Notes: generated by a model not told the origin, from the sequence alone. Shown: positions 28,132 through 38,167, numbered from the stretch's first letter. The stretch: DNA of 64,000 bases from Gemmatimonadota bacterium (GCA_002686955.1 NYZA01000120.1:1066-65065); one strand, 5' to 3'. Numbers and translations are program-made.

Positions 28132-28908
28132 TCAATCGTCGCCGAGCATCGACTCGATCAGCTCGATCGCCTCCACGGCCTGCCCCTGGAAATGGTTGTT
28201 GGCATAGACAAAAACGTCTTCCGCTTCTTGTAGCATGCGACGGATTCGTGGCACCCACTCCTTGAGCTCGTCGGATCGATAGCGGTAATCGTAGCGCTGC
28301 CAGGCATTGTCGTGCTCCCACCAACGTTCGGTGTTCCGTCCGTGCAGGCGCAGATATCCGGGATTCGCGGTCACGATGGCCTCACGCGGCGGCAAGCCGG
28401 GGAGCGCGGGCAGATCCACACTCGCTAGAGCAACGCCGCGCCGACTCAGGCCCTCGGTGACAGAAGCGCGCACCCACGAGTCGTGACGCACTTCGACGAC
28501 AGCAGCGCGCGTGTCAAAGGCCTCGAGCGATCGAGAGAGGTATCGCCGGTTGGTCGCCGTGTAGTGAAACGAGAATGGGAATTGAAGCAGGACCGGCCCA
28601 CGCCCGAGCGGGGCGATCGCGTTGAAGAACTCGCTCAGGATCGGCACGGGATCTTCCCGCCGGACGTGGGTCACATCTCCGGGTGCCTTCACGCTGAATA
28701 CGAATTCGTCACCGACCTTGGCTCGCATCGCGGCGTACGAGGACTTCGGCCCTACGCGGTAGTAGGTCGAGTTGATCTCGACCGTGTCGAAGCGTTGCGC
28801 GTAGAAAGAAAGCCACTCCCCTTGTGGAACCCCGGGTGGATAGAAGGGACCGACCCAGTCTTTGTATGCGTACCCGGAGGTTCCGAGTCGCAGGCGAGCG
28901 GGAAGCAT
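28132..28908 (-). CDS. DUF72 family protein
   Basis: GTSGYAYKDW, FDTVEINSTYY, VEVRHDSW, YLRLHGRN, RYDYRY, YANNHFQGQA. Confidence 0.92.
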   Translation of the reverse strand: MLPARLRLGTSGYAYKDWVGPFYPPGVPQGEWLSFYAQRFDTVEINSTYYRVGPKSSYAAMRAKVGDEFVFSVKAPGDVTHVRREDPVPILSEFFNAIAPLGRGPVLLQFPFSFHYTATNRRYLSRSLEAFDTRAAVVEVRHDSWVRASVTEGLSRRGVALASVDLPALPGLPPREAIVTANPGYLRLHGRNTERWWEHDNAWQRYDYRYRSDELKEWVPRIRRMLQEAEDVFVYANNHFQGQAVEAIELIESMLGDD

Positions 28909-28976
28909 GGAGCGATTCTACCCTTGGAGGATATGGTACACTGCGCAATTCTCTTCCCCTCACGAGATTGAGAACA

Positions 28977-30032
28977 TTGAGCTCCAAAAAGACAAAGCGT
29001 CGTCCAAAGGCCGTTGCCCTTCTATCGGGCGGACTCGACTCGACCTTGGCCCTTCGCATGATGAAAGACCAAGGGGTCGAGGTGCATGCGGTGAATTTCT
29101 ACACCGGCTTCTGCGTTGTCGAGTCGAAACGGGGCCAGGGGCGTAAGAACAGCAAGGGGGAGCCGTACCGGAACGAGGCGCTACGCGCCGCGGCTGATGT
29201 TGGGGTCGAGGTAGAGCTCGTCGACATCTCGAAAGAGTATATGGACATGGTCGTGAGCCCCCGCTTCGGCTATGGGGCCAACGCCAATCCGTGCATCGAC
29301 TGTCGCATCTTCATGCTGAAGAAAGCGCGAGAGATCATGGAAGAGGTTGAGGCAGATTTCATCGTGACGGGCGAGGTGCTGGGACAAAGGCCGATGTCGC
29401 AACGACGGCATCCGATGCAGGTGATCGAAAGGGCATCGGGACTCGAAGGCAAGATCGTGCGTCCGCTCACGGCGCGCTCCTGCGCTCCTTCCGACGCCGA
29501 AAAGGAGGCGCTGCTCGATCGAGAGAAGCTCGGCAAGATAACCGGCCGCTCTCGCAAGCCGCAGATGCAGCTCGCGCGCGAGCTGGGCATCGAGGACTAC
29601 CCATCGCCCGCGGGGGGGTGTTGCTACCTAGCGGACGAGTCCTACGCGAGAAAGTTCTACGACTATCTCGATCATCTGGACGAGCGCCACTTGACCGCAC
29701 GCGATGCGATCGTTCTGGCCACAGGTCGCCATTTTCGAATCGGGAATCGCACTAAGGTGATCGTTGGCCGCGACGAAGAGGAAAACCGCGTACTCGAGAC
29801 ACATATCGGGTCGGAGACAAGGCTCTTTGCAAGAGACTTCCGCGGCCCGCTCACTTTGCTCCAGGGTGAAACGAACGAAGGCAACTTGCGCATCGCGGCC
29901 TCTCTCGCCGCGCGCTACGGCGATGGCAAGCGGGAGTCCCAGGTACGCATCGGCCTCGAGACCGCTGACTCGGAGCGCACCCTGACCATCGCCCCATGCT
30001 TCGACGAGGATCTGGATCGGTGGAGAATCTGA
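28977..30032 (+). CDS. PP-loop tRNA sulfurtransferase-like protein (ThiI/MnmA-like, DUF814-type C-terminus)
   Basis: ALLSGGLDS, NPCIDCR, TGEVLGQRPMSQ, PAGGCC, GRHFR, VGRDEEEN; TTG start uncertain (28968 or 28977). Confidence 0.8.
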   Translation: MSSKKTKRRPKAVALLSGGLDSTLALRMMKDQGVEVHAVNFYTGFCVVESKRGQGRKNSKGEPYRNEALRAAADVGVEVELVDISKEYMDMVVSPRFGYGANANPCIDCRIFMLKKAREIMEEVEADFIVTGEVLGQRPMSQRRHPMQVIERASGLEGKIVRPLTARSCAPSDAEKEALLDREKLGKITGRSRKPQMQLARELGIEDYPSPAGGCCYLADESYARKFYDYLDHLDERHLTARDAIVLATGRHFRIGNRTKVIVGRDEEENRVLETHIGSETRLFARDFRGPLTLLQGETNEGNLRIAASLAARYGDGKRESQVRIGLETADSERTLTIAPCFDEDLDRWRI

Positions 30033-30268
30033 ATTCGGAGGCCCCGGTCGTCGACGCTCTCGGCGAGCTCTGTCCGGTGCCGATCATCGAGATCGCCAAG
30101 GCGATCAAGGCGGTCAAGCCGGGTGGGTTGGTAAGGCTTCTGGCCGATGATCCCGGGGCCGAAAGAGACATGCTGGACTGGGCCAAGGCAACGCGTCACG
30201 AGATCGTCGAGCTTCTTCATGGTCCGGGCCAGCGGCTCGAAGTGCTCGTTCGTCATCGACACGATTAG
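30020..30268 (+). CDS. TusA family sulfur carrier
   Basis: DALGELCPVPII (CPxP) and LLADDPGAERD; GTG start estimated. Confidence 0.88.
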   Translation: MENLNSEAPVVDALGELCPVPIIEIAKAIKAVKPGGLVRLLADDPGAERDMLDWAKATRHEIVELLHGPGQRLEVLVRHRHD

Positions 30269-30271
30269 GGA

Positions 30272-30751
30272 GTGCGGACCTTGTCGGGACGAAGTTTCAA
30301 GCTGATTGCCCGGAATCGGAAGGCCCGGCACGACTACGAAATCCTGGAGACCCTGGAAGCCGGAATCGCGCTCCTGGGAAGCGAAATCAAGTCGTTGCGC
30401 GCCGGAAAGATCAGCCTCCGGGAGGGGTACGTGCGCGTCGACGCCAACCAGGCGTGGCTGGTCGGAGGGCATATCAACCTCTACGAGGAGGCCTCCCGTT
30501 TCAACCACGACCCTCTTCGAGCACGGAAGCTGCTCCTCCATCGGCGAGAGATCGAGGGGCTCCGAGCCAAGATCGAAGAAAAAGGGCTCACGGTCGTGCC
30601 GCTCGCCGTATACATCAAGGGCGGTTGGGCCAAGGTCGAGATCGGCCTGGCGCGCGGCAAAAAGCACCACGATCGGCGGCACGAGGAGCGCCGGCGACAG
30701 GAAGAGCGCGACGCGGCGAGCGAGGCGGCGAGGATGAGAGGAAGGTCATAG
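30272..30751 (+). CDS. smpB: SsrA-binding protein SmpB
   Basis: NRKARHDY, EAGIALLGSEIKSLR, RKLLLHRREI, GKKHHDRR. Confidence 0.97.
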   Translation: MRTLSGRSFKLIARNRKARHDYEILETLEAGIALLGSEIKSLRAGKISLREGYVRVDANQAWLVGGHINLYEEASRFNHDPLRARKLLLHRREIEGLRAKIEEKGLTVVPLAVYIKGGWAKVEIGLARGKKHHDRRHEERRRQEERDAASEAARMRGRS

Positions 30752-30759
30752 TCGTGCGG

Positions 30760-31887
30760 ATGCTTTTGGTGATCGCGGTCTTGCTCGCGTCTCAGGCCCG
30801 GGGGGCGAGCGTAGCGCTGGTCCAACCGATGGTCGCCGATTCTCTTCGCTTGCTCCAGCACCTCTCGACGACGCGCGTGGGCGATGTCGAGCTGGTGCGG
30901 ATCTCCGATCTGGCGCGAATCGCGGGCGCCACGCGCTACTGGAGGGCGGATGTCCGAAAGGTCGTGCTCAAGAAGGATGCCCACAAGCTGCGGGTTGCGA
31001 TGGACAATCGATACGCGGTCCTCGACGGGACGGCGATGAACCTGCGCGCCCCCGCTCACGGGATCGATGGGGAGCCGGGGATTCCCCTCGTGGCGGTGGT
31101 ACCGGTCCTCTCGGCACTCACGGATGATCGCTTCGCCTGGAATGCGGAGAGGCGCGAGGTCGAGGTTCCGGCTTCGGTCGCGCTGCAGATGCGCCCCCCT
31201 TCTGCCGGTGCTGCTCCGGCGCCTGCTCCATTCGAGGGGTTCGCGGCGACGATCCGGCCCATTCGGCTCGTTGTGCTCGATCCCGGTCACGGTGGGCTCG
31301 ATGCCGGATCGATCGGTGCCAAGGGGGTGCGCGAAGCGACCGTAACGCTCGACATCGCGCGTCGCACGGCGAAGCTGCTGAGGGCAAGGAAGATCGAAGT
31401 CGTCTTGACACGAGACAGAGATCGAACACGTTCGACGATCGAGCGGGCCCAGATCGCCAACGGCGCCGGGGCCGATCTTCTGGTCTCGATCCACGCCAAC
31501 TCCTCCTGGGCGGCCGACGCGGAGGGATTCGAGATCTACTGCCTCGGCGAGGGAAGGATCCCGGAGACGAAATCGAGCGCATCGATCGATTTCGTGTCCT
31601 GGGATGTTGCGCAGTCCTCCCACGTCGCTCGCTCTTGCGATGTCGCCCGAGCGGTCCAGCTCTCCCTCGCACGTGAGCTGGGGCTGCGAAATCGCGGGGT
31701 CAATCACGCGCCCTTGCCACTCTTGCGCTGCGCGAACCTGCCCGCCATCGAGGTCGATGTCGGGTTCCTTTCACATCCCTCCGACGAAGCGCTCCTGGGA
31801 ACAGCGGTATTCCGGGAGCAGGTCGCTCGTGCCGTCGCCGCCGGCATCGAGCACTATGGCGCAGCGGATCAGGAGGCGATCCGATGA
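30760..31887 (+). CDS. N-acetylmuramoyl-L-alanine amidase (Amidase_3)
   Basis: Signal peptide; VVLDPGHGG, EATVTLDIA, LTR, SIHANS, VGFLS. Confidence 0.88.
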   Translation: MLLVIAVLLASQARGASVALVQPMVADSLRLLQHLSTTRVGDVELVRISDLARIAGATRYWRADVRKVVLKKDAHKLRVAMDNRYAVLDGTAMNLRAPAHGIDGEPGIPLVAVVPVLSALTDDRFAWNAERREVEVPASVALQMRPPSAGAAPAPAPFEGFAATIRPIRLVVLDPGHGGLDAGSIGAKGVREATVTLDIARRTAKLLRARKIEVVLTRDRDRTRSTIERAQIANGAGADLLVSIHANSSWAADAEGFEIYCLGEGRIPETKSSASIDFVSWDVAQSSHVARSCDVARAVQLSLARELGLRNRGVNHAPLPLLRCANLPAIEVDVGFLSHPSDEALLGTAVFREQVARAVAAGIEHYGAADQEAIR

Positions 31888-32498
31888 CCCACGATCTCGA
31901 TGTTCCGGGACGATCTAGATGGATCGCTCCATTCGTGTTGGTCGTCATCGGTCTGGCCCTACCAACCGGCTATTTGGCTTGGCGAGGGCTGCTGCCGGGG
32001 GGGGGTGAGACCCTGTCGGCGGCACGTGGCGCGGACGATCCGGCGGCCGAGACCGGGGCGATGATGGAAGAGCTGCGACCGGTCGGCTCTGTCGTGCTCT
32101 ACTTTTCGGATCGATCGGGGGAGAGGCTCATTTCGGAAATGCGCGATGTGGCCGGATCGGAAGATCCGAGCTCCAGGGCGGCATCGATCGTTCGGGAGCT
32201 GGCGGCGGGATCGCGCTCCGGCCTGGCCCGAACCGTGCCCGCGGATGTAGAAGTCCTCCATGTCTTCGTGGACGACGTGGGGGTCGTCTATCTCGATTTG
32301 AGCGGCGACCTGGTCGATCGGCATACCGGCGGCACGCGGGGCGAAATACTGACTCTTCGCTCGATCGCCCGGTCGATCTCGGCGAACGACCCACGTGTGA
32401 GCGGGGTTCGGTTGCTCGTGGATGGGCGCGAGCTGGACTCGATCCACGGCCATGTCGATCTGTCGCGAGAGCTCCGCATCGGCGTGGAGAGCGGTTGA
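31884..32498 (+). CDS. GerMN domain protein
   Basis: TM anchor, VLYF...LISEMRDV, VYLDLS, VRLLVDG...GHVDLS; typical amidase-GerMN-murI-rph context. Confidence 0.85.
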   Translation: MTHDLDVPGRSRWIAPFVLVVIGLALPTGYLAWRGLLPGGGETLSAARGADDPAAETGAMMEELRPVGSVVLYFSDRSGERLISEMRDVAGSEDPSSRAASIVRELAAGSRSGLARTVPADVEVLHVFVDDVGVVYLDLSGDLVDRHTGGTRGEILTLRSIARSISANDPRVSGVRLLVDGRELDSIHGHVDLSRELRIGVESG

Positions 32499-32499
32499 A

Positions 32500-33300
32500 G
32501 TGGGCGCGATAGGGATCTTCGATTCGGGTGTCGGGGGATTGACCGTGGCACGCGCGATCATGGAAGAGCTTCCTGGCAGGCGGGTGATATACCTGGGCGA
32601 TACGGCTCGCGTCCCTTACGGCCCGAAATCTCCTAGAACGATTCGGCGATTCAGCAAGGAGAACGGAGATTTCCTGGCCGACCATGGGATAGACGCTCTC
32701 GTCGTCGCGTGCAATACCGCGTCGGCGCTCGCCATCGAGGAGCTCCATTCTCGATACCCCTTCCCGGTGTTAGGGGTCTTGGAGCCGGGTGTACGGGAAG
32801 GACTTCGGGCGGCGAAAGGTGGGCCCCTCGGCGTAATCGGCACCGTGGGAACGATCAAGAGCGCTGCCTACCGGCTCGCCGCGGCACGGCTGGACTCCGC
32901 GGCGGTCGTCGAGTGCCGTGCCTGCCCACTCTTCGTGCCGCTGGCCGAAGAAGGGATGGTCGATCATCTTGCGACGGAGTTGATCGCCCGCGACTATTTG
33001 GAGCCGCTCACCACCGCCGGGATCCGAGCCCTTGTTCTTGGCTGCACGCACTACCCACTGCTCGCACCGATCATTCAGCGGGTCGTTGGAGCCGACGTCA
33101 CACTGGTCGACTCGGCCGATGCGGTCGCCAGAGAGCTGGTCGCGCGTCTTCCGGACGCACAGGCCGGGTCTGAAGCCACGGTGCCCCCATCGCCCAATCG
33201 CTTTTTCGTAACCGACATCGCCACCCGTTTCAGCGAAGTGGGAGCCCGTTTTCTCGGATCGGAGCTTCCCGCGGTGGAGCTGGCCGACCTTGTAGAGTGA
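32500..33300 (+). CDS. murI: Glutamate racemase
   Basis: [34 protein letters not shown]. Confidence 0.96.
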   Translation: MGAIGIFDSGVGGLTVARAIMEELPGRRVIYLGDTARVPYGPKSPRTIRRFSKENGDFLADHGIDALVVACNTASALAIEELHSRYPFPVLGVLEPGVREGLRAAKGGPLGVIGTVGTIKSAAYRLAAARLDSAAVVECRACPLFVPLAEEGMVDHLATELIARDYLEPLTTAGIRALVLGCTHYPLLAPIIQRVVGADVTLVDSADAVARELVARLPDAQAGSEATVPPSPNRFFVTDIATRFSEVGARFLGSELPAVELADLVE

Positions 33301-33317
33301 ACCGCGCAGGAGACCCG

Positions 33318-34046
33318 ATGGAACAGACCCCGATTCGTCCCGATGGACGCAAGCCCGATCAGCTGCGGCCCCTTCGACTCACGACCGATTTCATCGATCA
33401 TGCCGAAGGGTCGGTCTTGGTCGAGATGGGGCGAACGAGGGTCGTCTGCACAGCGACCATCGAGAACAAGGTCCCGCCGTGGATGCGCAACGGTGACAGT
33501 GGTTGGCTGACGGCCGAGTACTCCATGCTCCCGCGGGCCGGCAAGGAACGGACGCCGAGGGAATCGGTGCGCGGCCGGATCAAAGGGCGGACGCACGAGA
33601 TCCAGAGGTTGATCGGGCGGAGCATCCGGGCCGCGGTCGATCTCAAGGAGCTGAAGGGGAAGACGATCTGCCTCGACTGCGATGTCTTGCAGGCCGACGG
33701 CGGCACGCGCACGGCCTCCGTGACCGGCGCGTGGGTGGCGACCGCCCTTGCGATGCAAGGGGCCGCCGGCGCCAGAGGGGATTGGCGCGAAATCGTCCGC
33801 CACCCGGTGGCCGCGGTCAGCGTTGGCTCAGTACAGGGTCGGGTGCTTCTTGACCTCTGCTACGAAGAGGATGTGCGGGCCGATGTAGACATGAATGTGG
33901 TGATGACTGGGGACGGAAGATTCGTTGAGGTGCAGGGGACGGCGGAGGGTGCGCCCTTCGATCGGGCAGCCCACGATCAGCTATTGGACTACGCGGCGGC
34001 CGGGATCGAGGAGCTGATCGGCCGACAGCTCGAGGCCCTGGGCTGA
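33318..34046 (+). CDS. rph: Ribonuclease PH
   Basis: [51 protein letters not shown]. Alternative GTG start at 33297. Confidence 0.96.
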   Translation: MEQTPIRPDGRKPDQLRPLRLTTDFIDHAEGSVLVEMGRTRVVCTATIENKVPPWMRNGDSGWLTAEYSMLPRAGKERTPRESVRGRIKGRTHEIQRLIGRSIRAAVDLKELKGKTICLDCDVLQADGGTRTASVTGAWVATALAMQGAAGARGDWREIVRHPVAAVSVGSVQGRVLLDLCYEEDVRADVDMNVVMTGDGRFVEVQGTAEGAPFDRAAHDQLLDYAAAGIEELIGRQLEALG

Positions 34047-34669
34047 TGAAGGGTCAAGGTGCGACCTTGGTGATCGCATCGCGAAACCGCGACAAGATCC
34101 GGGAGCTGGCGAATCTGCTCGAGGGACTGCCCCTGGCCGTTCGAGCGGCGGAGGAGTTCCCGGATGTGCCGGTGGTGATCGAGGAGACGGCACCCGATCT
34201 CCACGGCAACGCGCTGATCAAGGCTCGCACGGTGGCGAAGGCGAGCGGGCAATGGGCGCTGGCCGACGACACGGGACTCGAGGTCGACGCGCTCGGTGGG
34301 GCGCCCGGAGTGGAGACCGCCAGATTCGCTGGGCCGGACGCCACGTACGAAGAAAATGTCGCGATGCTCCTCGAGAGGATGGCGGGCGCTGGGCCGGGGC
34401 GGCGCGGAGCGCGATTCCGCACTGTGGTGGCTCTCTGTGATCCAGATGGGAGAGCCACGACGGTCGAGGGGGTTTGTGAGGGGAAGATCAGCCGGACACC
34501 GGTGGGCAAGTCGGGGTTCGGCTACGACCCGGTCTTCGCTCCGGAGGAGGCGGGCGGGAAGACCTTCGCGCAGATGTCGATGCAGAGCAAGGGCGCGATC
34601 AGCCATCGCGGCCGAGCCATGGTCGCGGCGCTGTCGGAGATCGAGAGGCGAATCTTGGGGCAAGGGTGA
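34046..34669 (+). CDS. rdgB: Non-canonical purine NTP pyrophosphatase (RdgB/HAM1)
   Basis: ASRNRDK, ADDTGLEVDALGGAPGV, GFGYDPVF, KGAISHRGRA. Confidence 0.95.
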   Translation: MKGQGATLVIASRNRDKIRELANLLEGLPLAVRAAEEFPDVPVVIEETAPDLHGNALIKARTVAKASGQWALADDTGLEVDALGGAPGVETARFAGPDATYEENVAMLLERMAGAGPGRRGARFRTVVALCDPDGRATTVEGVCEGKISRTPVGKSGFGYDPVFAPEEAGGKTFAQMSMQSKGAISHRGRAMVAALSEIERRILGQG

Positions 34670-34744
34670 GACGGACTTGCATTCCCGCCGTCCAGCTCAC
34701 AAGATACGAAGACACGAAGAATCGATCCGACCACGGGATTCGGT

Positions 34745-34819
34745 CGGGGCGTGGCGCAGTGGAAGCGCACCTGCTTTGGGAGCAGGGGGTCGCGAGTTCA
34801 AGTCTCGCCGCCCCGACCA
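34745..34819 (+). tRNA. tRNA-Pro(TGG)
   Basis: CGGGGCG/CGCCCCG acceptor stem, anticodon arm CCTGC-TTTGGGA-GCAGG, TTCAAGT T-loop, encoded CCA. Confidence 0.95.
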
Positions 34820-34844
34820 GCCCTCGGGTCGATCGAACCTTCAC

Positions 34845-34920
34845 GCCGGAGTAGTTCAATGGATAGAACGGCGGCCTTCTAAGCCGCATGTTGGGGGTTC
34901 GATTCCCTCCTCCGGTGCCA
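34845..34920 (+). tRNA. tRNA-Arg(TCT)
   Basis: GCCGGAG/CTCCGGT acceptor stem, anticodon arm GCGGC-CTTCTAA-GCCGC, TTCGATT T-loop, encoded CCA. Confidence 0.95.
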
Positions 34921-34927
34921 CTACGCA

Positions 34928-34960
34928 CGAGGGCCGCCGATTCGATCTCGGCGGCCCTCG
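34928..34960. terminator. GC-rich hairpin between convergent tRNA and ferredoxin genes
   Basis: Perfect 13-bp stem CGAGGGCCGCCGA / TCGGCGGCCCTCG with a 7-nt loop; no clear U-tract. Confidence 0.6.
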
Positions 34961-34983
34961 GCCGGTCTCTGGCTACGGATCGG

Positions 34984-35328
34984 TCAACCCGCCAATCGGG
35001 CTCCCGGCTCTTCGCCTTCCGCCAACTGATGGTCGTCGTTGCGGAATCGTGAGGTCGACTCATCGAGCTCGCCGAAACCCTCGTCCGGGTGGATCTCCTT
35101 CGCGCGCTCGAAAAGCTCTGCTTCAGTCTCGATCTTGTTCGGGTCGGGGATGCAGCAGTCCACGGGACAGTTGGCCTGACAGGCCTCTTCGTCGTGGAAG
35201 CCGATGCACTCGGTGCATAGACTCGCGTCGATCACATAGATGTCATCGGCCTCTGAGATGGCCTCGTTCGGGCATTCCGGCTCGCACGCGCCGCAAGAGA
35301 TGCAATCGTCGGTGATATAGGTCGCCAT
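34984..35328 (-). CDS. YfhL-family 2x[4Fe-4S] ferredoxin
   Basis: CISCGACEPECP and CTECIGFHDEEACQANCPVDC. Confidence 0.93.
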   Translation of the reverse strand: MATYITDDCISCGACEPECPNEAISEADDIYVIDASLCTECIGFHDEEACQANCPVDCCIPDPNKIETEAELFERAKEIHPDEGFGELDESTSRFRNDDHQLAEGEEPGARLAG

Positions 35329-35488
35329 TTCGACAGGTCTCCGTCAATGAAGGAACTAGGCCGTTTCTTCCCACGCCGCCGGGGCTTGAAACGTGGCCGG
35401 GGTTTGAGCCGACCATCAACTCCTAGAATCCCGTTTTCATAGCATTGTCTTGGGGTCCGAGGCAACAAGATCCAGCGCTCTGCCCGTA

Positions 35489-35517
35489 TTGACCGGGTGG
35501 CATTGCGCACCTAGCCT
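35489..35517 (+). promoter_or_regulatory. Putative sigma70 promoter
   Basis: TTGACC, 17-nt spacer, TAGCCT, 45 nt upstream of ATG 35563. Confidence 0.45.
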
Positions 35518-35562
35518 CGTTTCTCGATACTCGACTCGCAAGAAGCCGGAGTAGACCGATAG

Positions 35563-36789
35563 ATGAAACCTCCCGGCGACCCGGAGAGGGCGCGGAAGCA
35601 TCTGGCCAAGACCGGGGCCCGGCTGACCTACGTGGATCCCGAGGGGAGGATTCGCGTCTTCATCCCCGGTCGCTCCAACCGAATGCTCGCGCTACCGGGG
35701 CGGCCGCCCGGACTTCCCGCGATGGACGGCGTCGAGACGCCGAAGTGGCCGAGCTGGAGCCCAACCGGCGAATGGATCGCGGCGGCAGGGGTCGCAGACG
35801 ACGGAAAGACCGGCGGCGTCTTCGTGTTCGACGCGCATAGATCGCGCCGCTCCCGTTGGATCCCGCTTCAATCCGCACCGATGTACAGCTGCTGGCTGCC
35901 GGGCCACAAGGCGATTGGCGCCCTGATCTCCGAGAAGGATCGGCTGCATCTCTTCGCCCTCGACGCGACTCGACGCGTCGTCGTACCCCGCAGCATCGCG
36001 AAAGGGATGCCCCTGTTCTTTCACGCCCGGCCCGACGGGACGGAGATAGCGATCCATACCACCGAGATGGCGACGGGGCCGGGGCGCCACGTTCGGATCT
36101 GGGACACACGGGAGGCTCCCGAGAGCTCGCTGGTGCTCACCCAAAGGGCGGGTCGTTTGAGAAGTCCGGTCTTTTCGCCCCAAGGCGCCCTCTTGGCCTA
36201 CGGCGAGAAATCGGAGAGGGGGCGCGAGTACACCGACCTGTGCATCGTCGACCTGAAGGGCAAGAAGGTCCGCCCCCCGATCGCGTTCAAGGGGCCGGGC
36301 GCGGCCTCTTTCTCCCGGGACGGGCGGCACCTTGCCTTGGTGGCCGGTGAAGTCGGCAACATCCCGCTCTTCGGTCAGGCGGCGATCATCTCCGCTTGGG
36401 GCGGCGAGCCCTCGCCTCTGTACGAAGGCCCGATAGGCAGTATCGAGTGGGTGGACGACTCCCGGCTCATTGCGGTCGTGGCTGGGGAATCGGGAGTGCA
36501 TTGGGTGCTATTCGATCGGCGGAGCGCTTCCTGTTCTCGGATCTCGCCACCGCTCAGCCCGACCCGCGACGCGCTCTTCTACGCCCATTTCTTCGATCAG
36601 TTCTCGCGGACCCACCCGCTCGTATCTGCCAACGGACGCTATGTTTCCTATGCGGCTCAGTACGGCGGGGAGCGCGCGGGCGTTGAACCCCACATCTTCT
36701 TGCTCGATCTCGAGAGATCCTCTACTCCGGAGATCGTCGGTCCCGGAATGATGCCGGCGTGGGAGCTGCCGGCTCTCATGTCCGAATAG
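35563..36789 (+). CDS. TolB/WD40-like beta-propeller protein
   Basis: Repeated PSWSPTG, PVFSPQG, SFSRDG, VSANG motifs; no signal peptide evident. Confidence 0.7.
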   Translation: MKPPGDPERARKHLAKTGARLTYVDPEGRIRVFIPGRSNRMLALPGRPPGLPAMDGVETPKWPSWSPTGEWIAAAGVADDGKTGGVFVFDAHRSRRSRWIPLQSAPMYSCWLPGHKAIGALISEKDRLHLFALDATRRVVVPRSIAKGMPLFFHARPDGTEIAIHTTEMATGPGRHVRIWDTREAPESSLVLTQRAGRLRSPVFSPQGALLAYGEKSERGREYTDLCIVDLKGKKVRPPIAFKGPGAASFSRDGRHLALVAGEVGNIPLFGQAAIISAWGGEPSPLYEGPIGSIEWVDDSRLIAVVAGESGVHWVLFDRRSASCSRISPPLSPTRDALFYAHFFDQFSRTHPLVSANGRYVSYAAQYGGERAGVEPHIFLLDLERSSTPEIVGPGMMPAWELPALMSE

Positions 36790-36805
36790 CGCGCGCACAC
36801 GTCTC

Positions 36806-37576
36806 TCACCCCGTCGCGACCAGCCTCCTCACTGCCTCCGCGGCGCATTGAATCGCTCGATCTTCGGTGTTGGCAACGACTTTCGAGTCTACTGCCTCGG
36901 AGGTCGTTCGGTTGACGATGACTCCAAGGACCGCTCCCGCGGCGAGTCCCATCGTTCGGGTTATTGTGAAGAGCGTGGCCGTCTCCATCTCGTACGACAA
37001 GCAGCCCAAGCGTTTCCATTCCTCGAGCGTTCCTTGGTGAGAGAGTGGTACGTAGCCCGTAAAGGAGTCGTAGCGCTCCTGACCCGGGTAGAAGGTGTCA
37101 GTCGATACGACCAGCCCCACGTGGTGGTCCTGTTTCCGCGACACCGCGGAGGCGATAAGCTCATTCACGAGACGGTGGTCGGCCACCGCGGGAAACGAAA
37201 GCGGTGCGTATTGCGAAGACGCACCGTCCAGTCGGACCGCCCCCGCTGCCACGATTAGATCTCCAACTCCAACCGACGGCTGGATCGCACCGGTCGTCCC
37301 TATCCGCAGAAAGGTCCTGACCCCGAGACCCGCCAGCTCCTCGATTGCGATTGCCGCGGAGGCCCCTCCGATGCCGGTCGATGTCACTAGGACCGCAGTC
37401 CCTTGGAGATCGGCCAGAGCGCTCCTGAATTCGCGGTGGTGTGCAATCTCGATCGGATCGTTGTCGAGCGTAGCGGCTATTCGAGGCACCCTGAAAGGAT
37501 CGCCCGGCAATAGTACAATCTCAGCCCCACGAAGATCCTCACGCGAGAGCCCCAGGTGATAGGCGTTCATAACCAT
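36806..37576 (-). CDS. udp: Uridine phosphorylase
   Basis: YHLGL, LPGDPFRV, HREF, STGIGG, RIGTTGAIQ, DTFYPGQERYD, YEME. Confidence 0.93.
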   Translation of the reverse strand: MVMNAYHLGLSREDLRGAEIVLLPGDPFRVPRIAATLDNDPIEIAHHREFRSALADLQGTAVLVTSTGIGGASAAIAIEELAGLGVRTFLRIGTTGAIQPSVGVGDLIVAAGAVRLDGASSQYAPLSFPAVADHRLVNELIASAVSRKQDHHVGLVVSTDTFYPGQERYDSFTGYVPLSHQGTLEEWKRLGCLSYEMETATLFTITRTMGLAAGAVLGVIVNRTTSEAVDSKVVANTEDRAIQCAAEAVRRLVATG

Positions 37577-37582
37577 TCATCC

Positions 37583-38167
37583 CTAACGAAAGAGGTCGAG
37601 CTGATCGTCGATCTTATCTGAGACGGGCATGGGTTCCCCCCGGATACAGGCGACGGTCGCCGCGCACGCGCTGGTGATCCACCGGTTACGTCCCAGTCCG
37701 GCCAATTCATGAACATCCACATGCATCTGCCTGATCAACGCCTGAATCTGACGATCGATCGCCCGTTGAAAAGCGGGGTCGAGATCCCGCACGCCATCCA
37801 TCGAGATGCGGCCGGTGGCCGGCACGCGGAAGAGCAGATCGTACGATCTGATCCAGCTTTCAACGAGTCGTTCGGTCGTCATCTGCCGGCCACTCGCCTG
37901 GCGCAGGTACGCGTAGTTGTCGAGCACGCTGCGATCGCAGACAACTACTTCGGATCGCGCTCCCACTTCGATTTCGCGCGCGATCTGTGTGTGGAGGATC
38001 CAAAGCTGGGCGGAGAGGGTTGTGCTCTGATTGATCGGCAGGGGCGAGGAGCGTGCGACTTCCTTGACGATATCCGCATCGAGGCCCACCTTCTTAAGAC
38101 GGGCCGCGAGTTCATAGCAGAGCGTGGTCTTGCCGACTCCGTGTGTTCCGATGAACGCCACTTTCAT
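37583..38167 (-). CDS. P-loop kinase-like ATPase (AAA_28, NadR/Ttd14-like)
   Basis: MKVAFIGTHGVGKTT, KEVAR, CDRSVLDNYAY, DGVRD; C-terminal QLDLF. Confidence 0.8.
   Translation of the reverse strand: MKVAFIGTHGVGKTTLCYELAARLKKVGLDADIVKEVARSSPLPINQSTTLSAQLWILHTQIAREIEVGARSEVVVCDRSVLDNYAYLRQASGRQMTTERLVESWIRSYDLLFRVPATGRISMDGVRDLDPAFQRAIDRQIQALIRQMHVDVHELAGLGRNRWITSACAATVACIRGEPMPVSDKIDDQLDLFR

Noticed and set aside
30272-30760. tmRNA gene next to smpB
   Set aside because: No intergenic space and no ssrA-like termini seen.
34745-36800. Integrated island at tRNA-Arg or tRNA-Pro
   Set aside because: No integrase and no duplicated tRNA 3' end found downstream; flanking genes are housekeeping.
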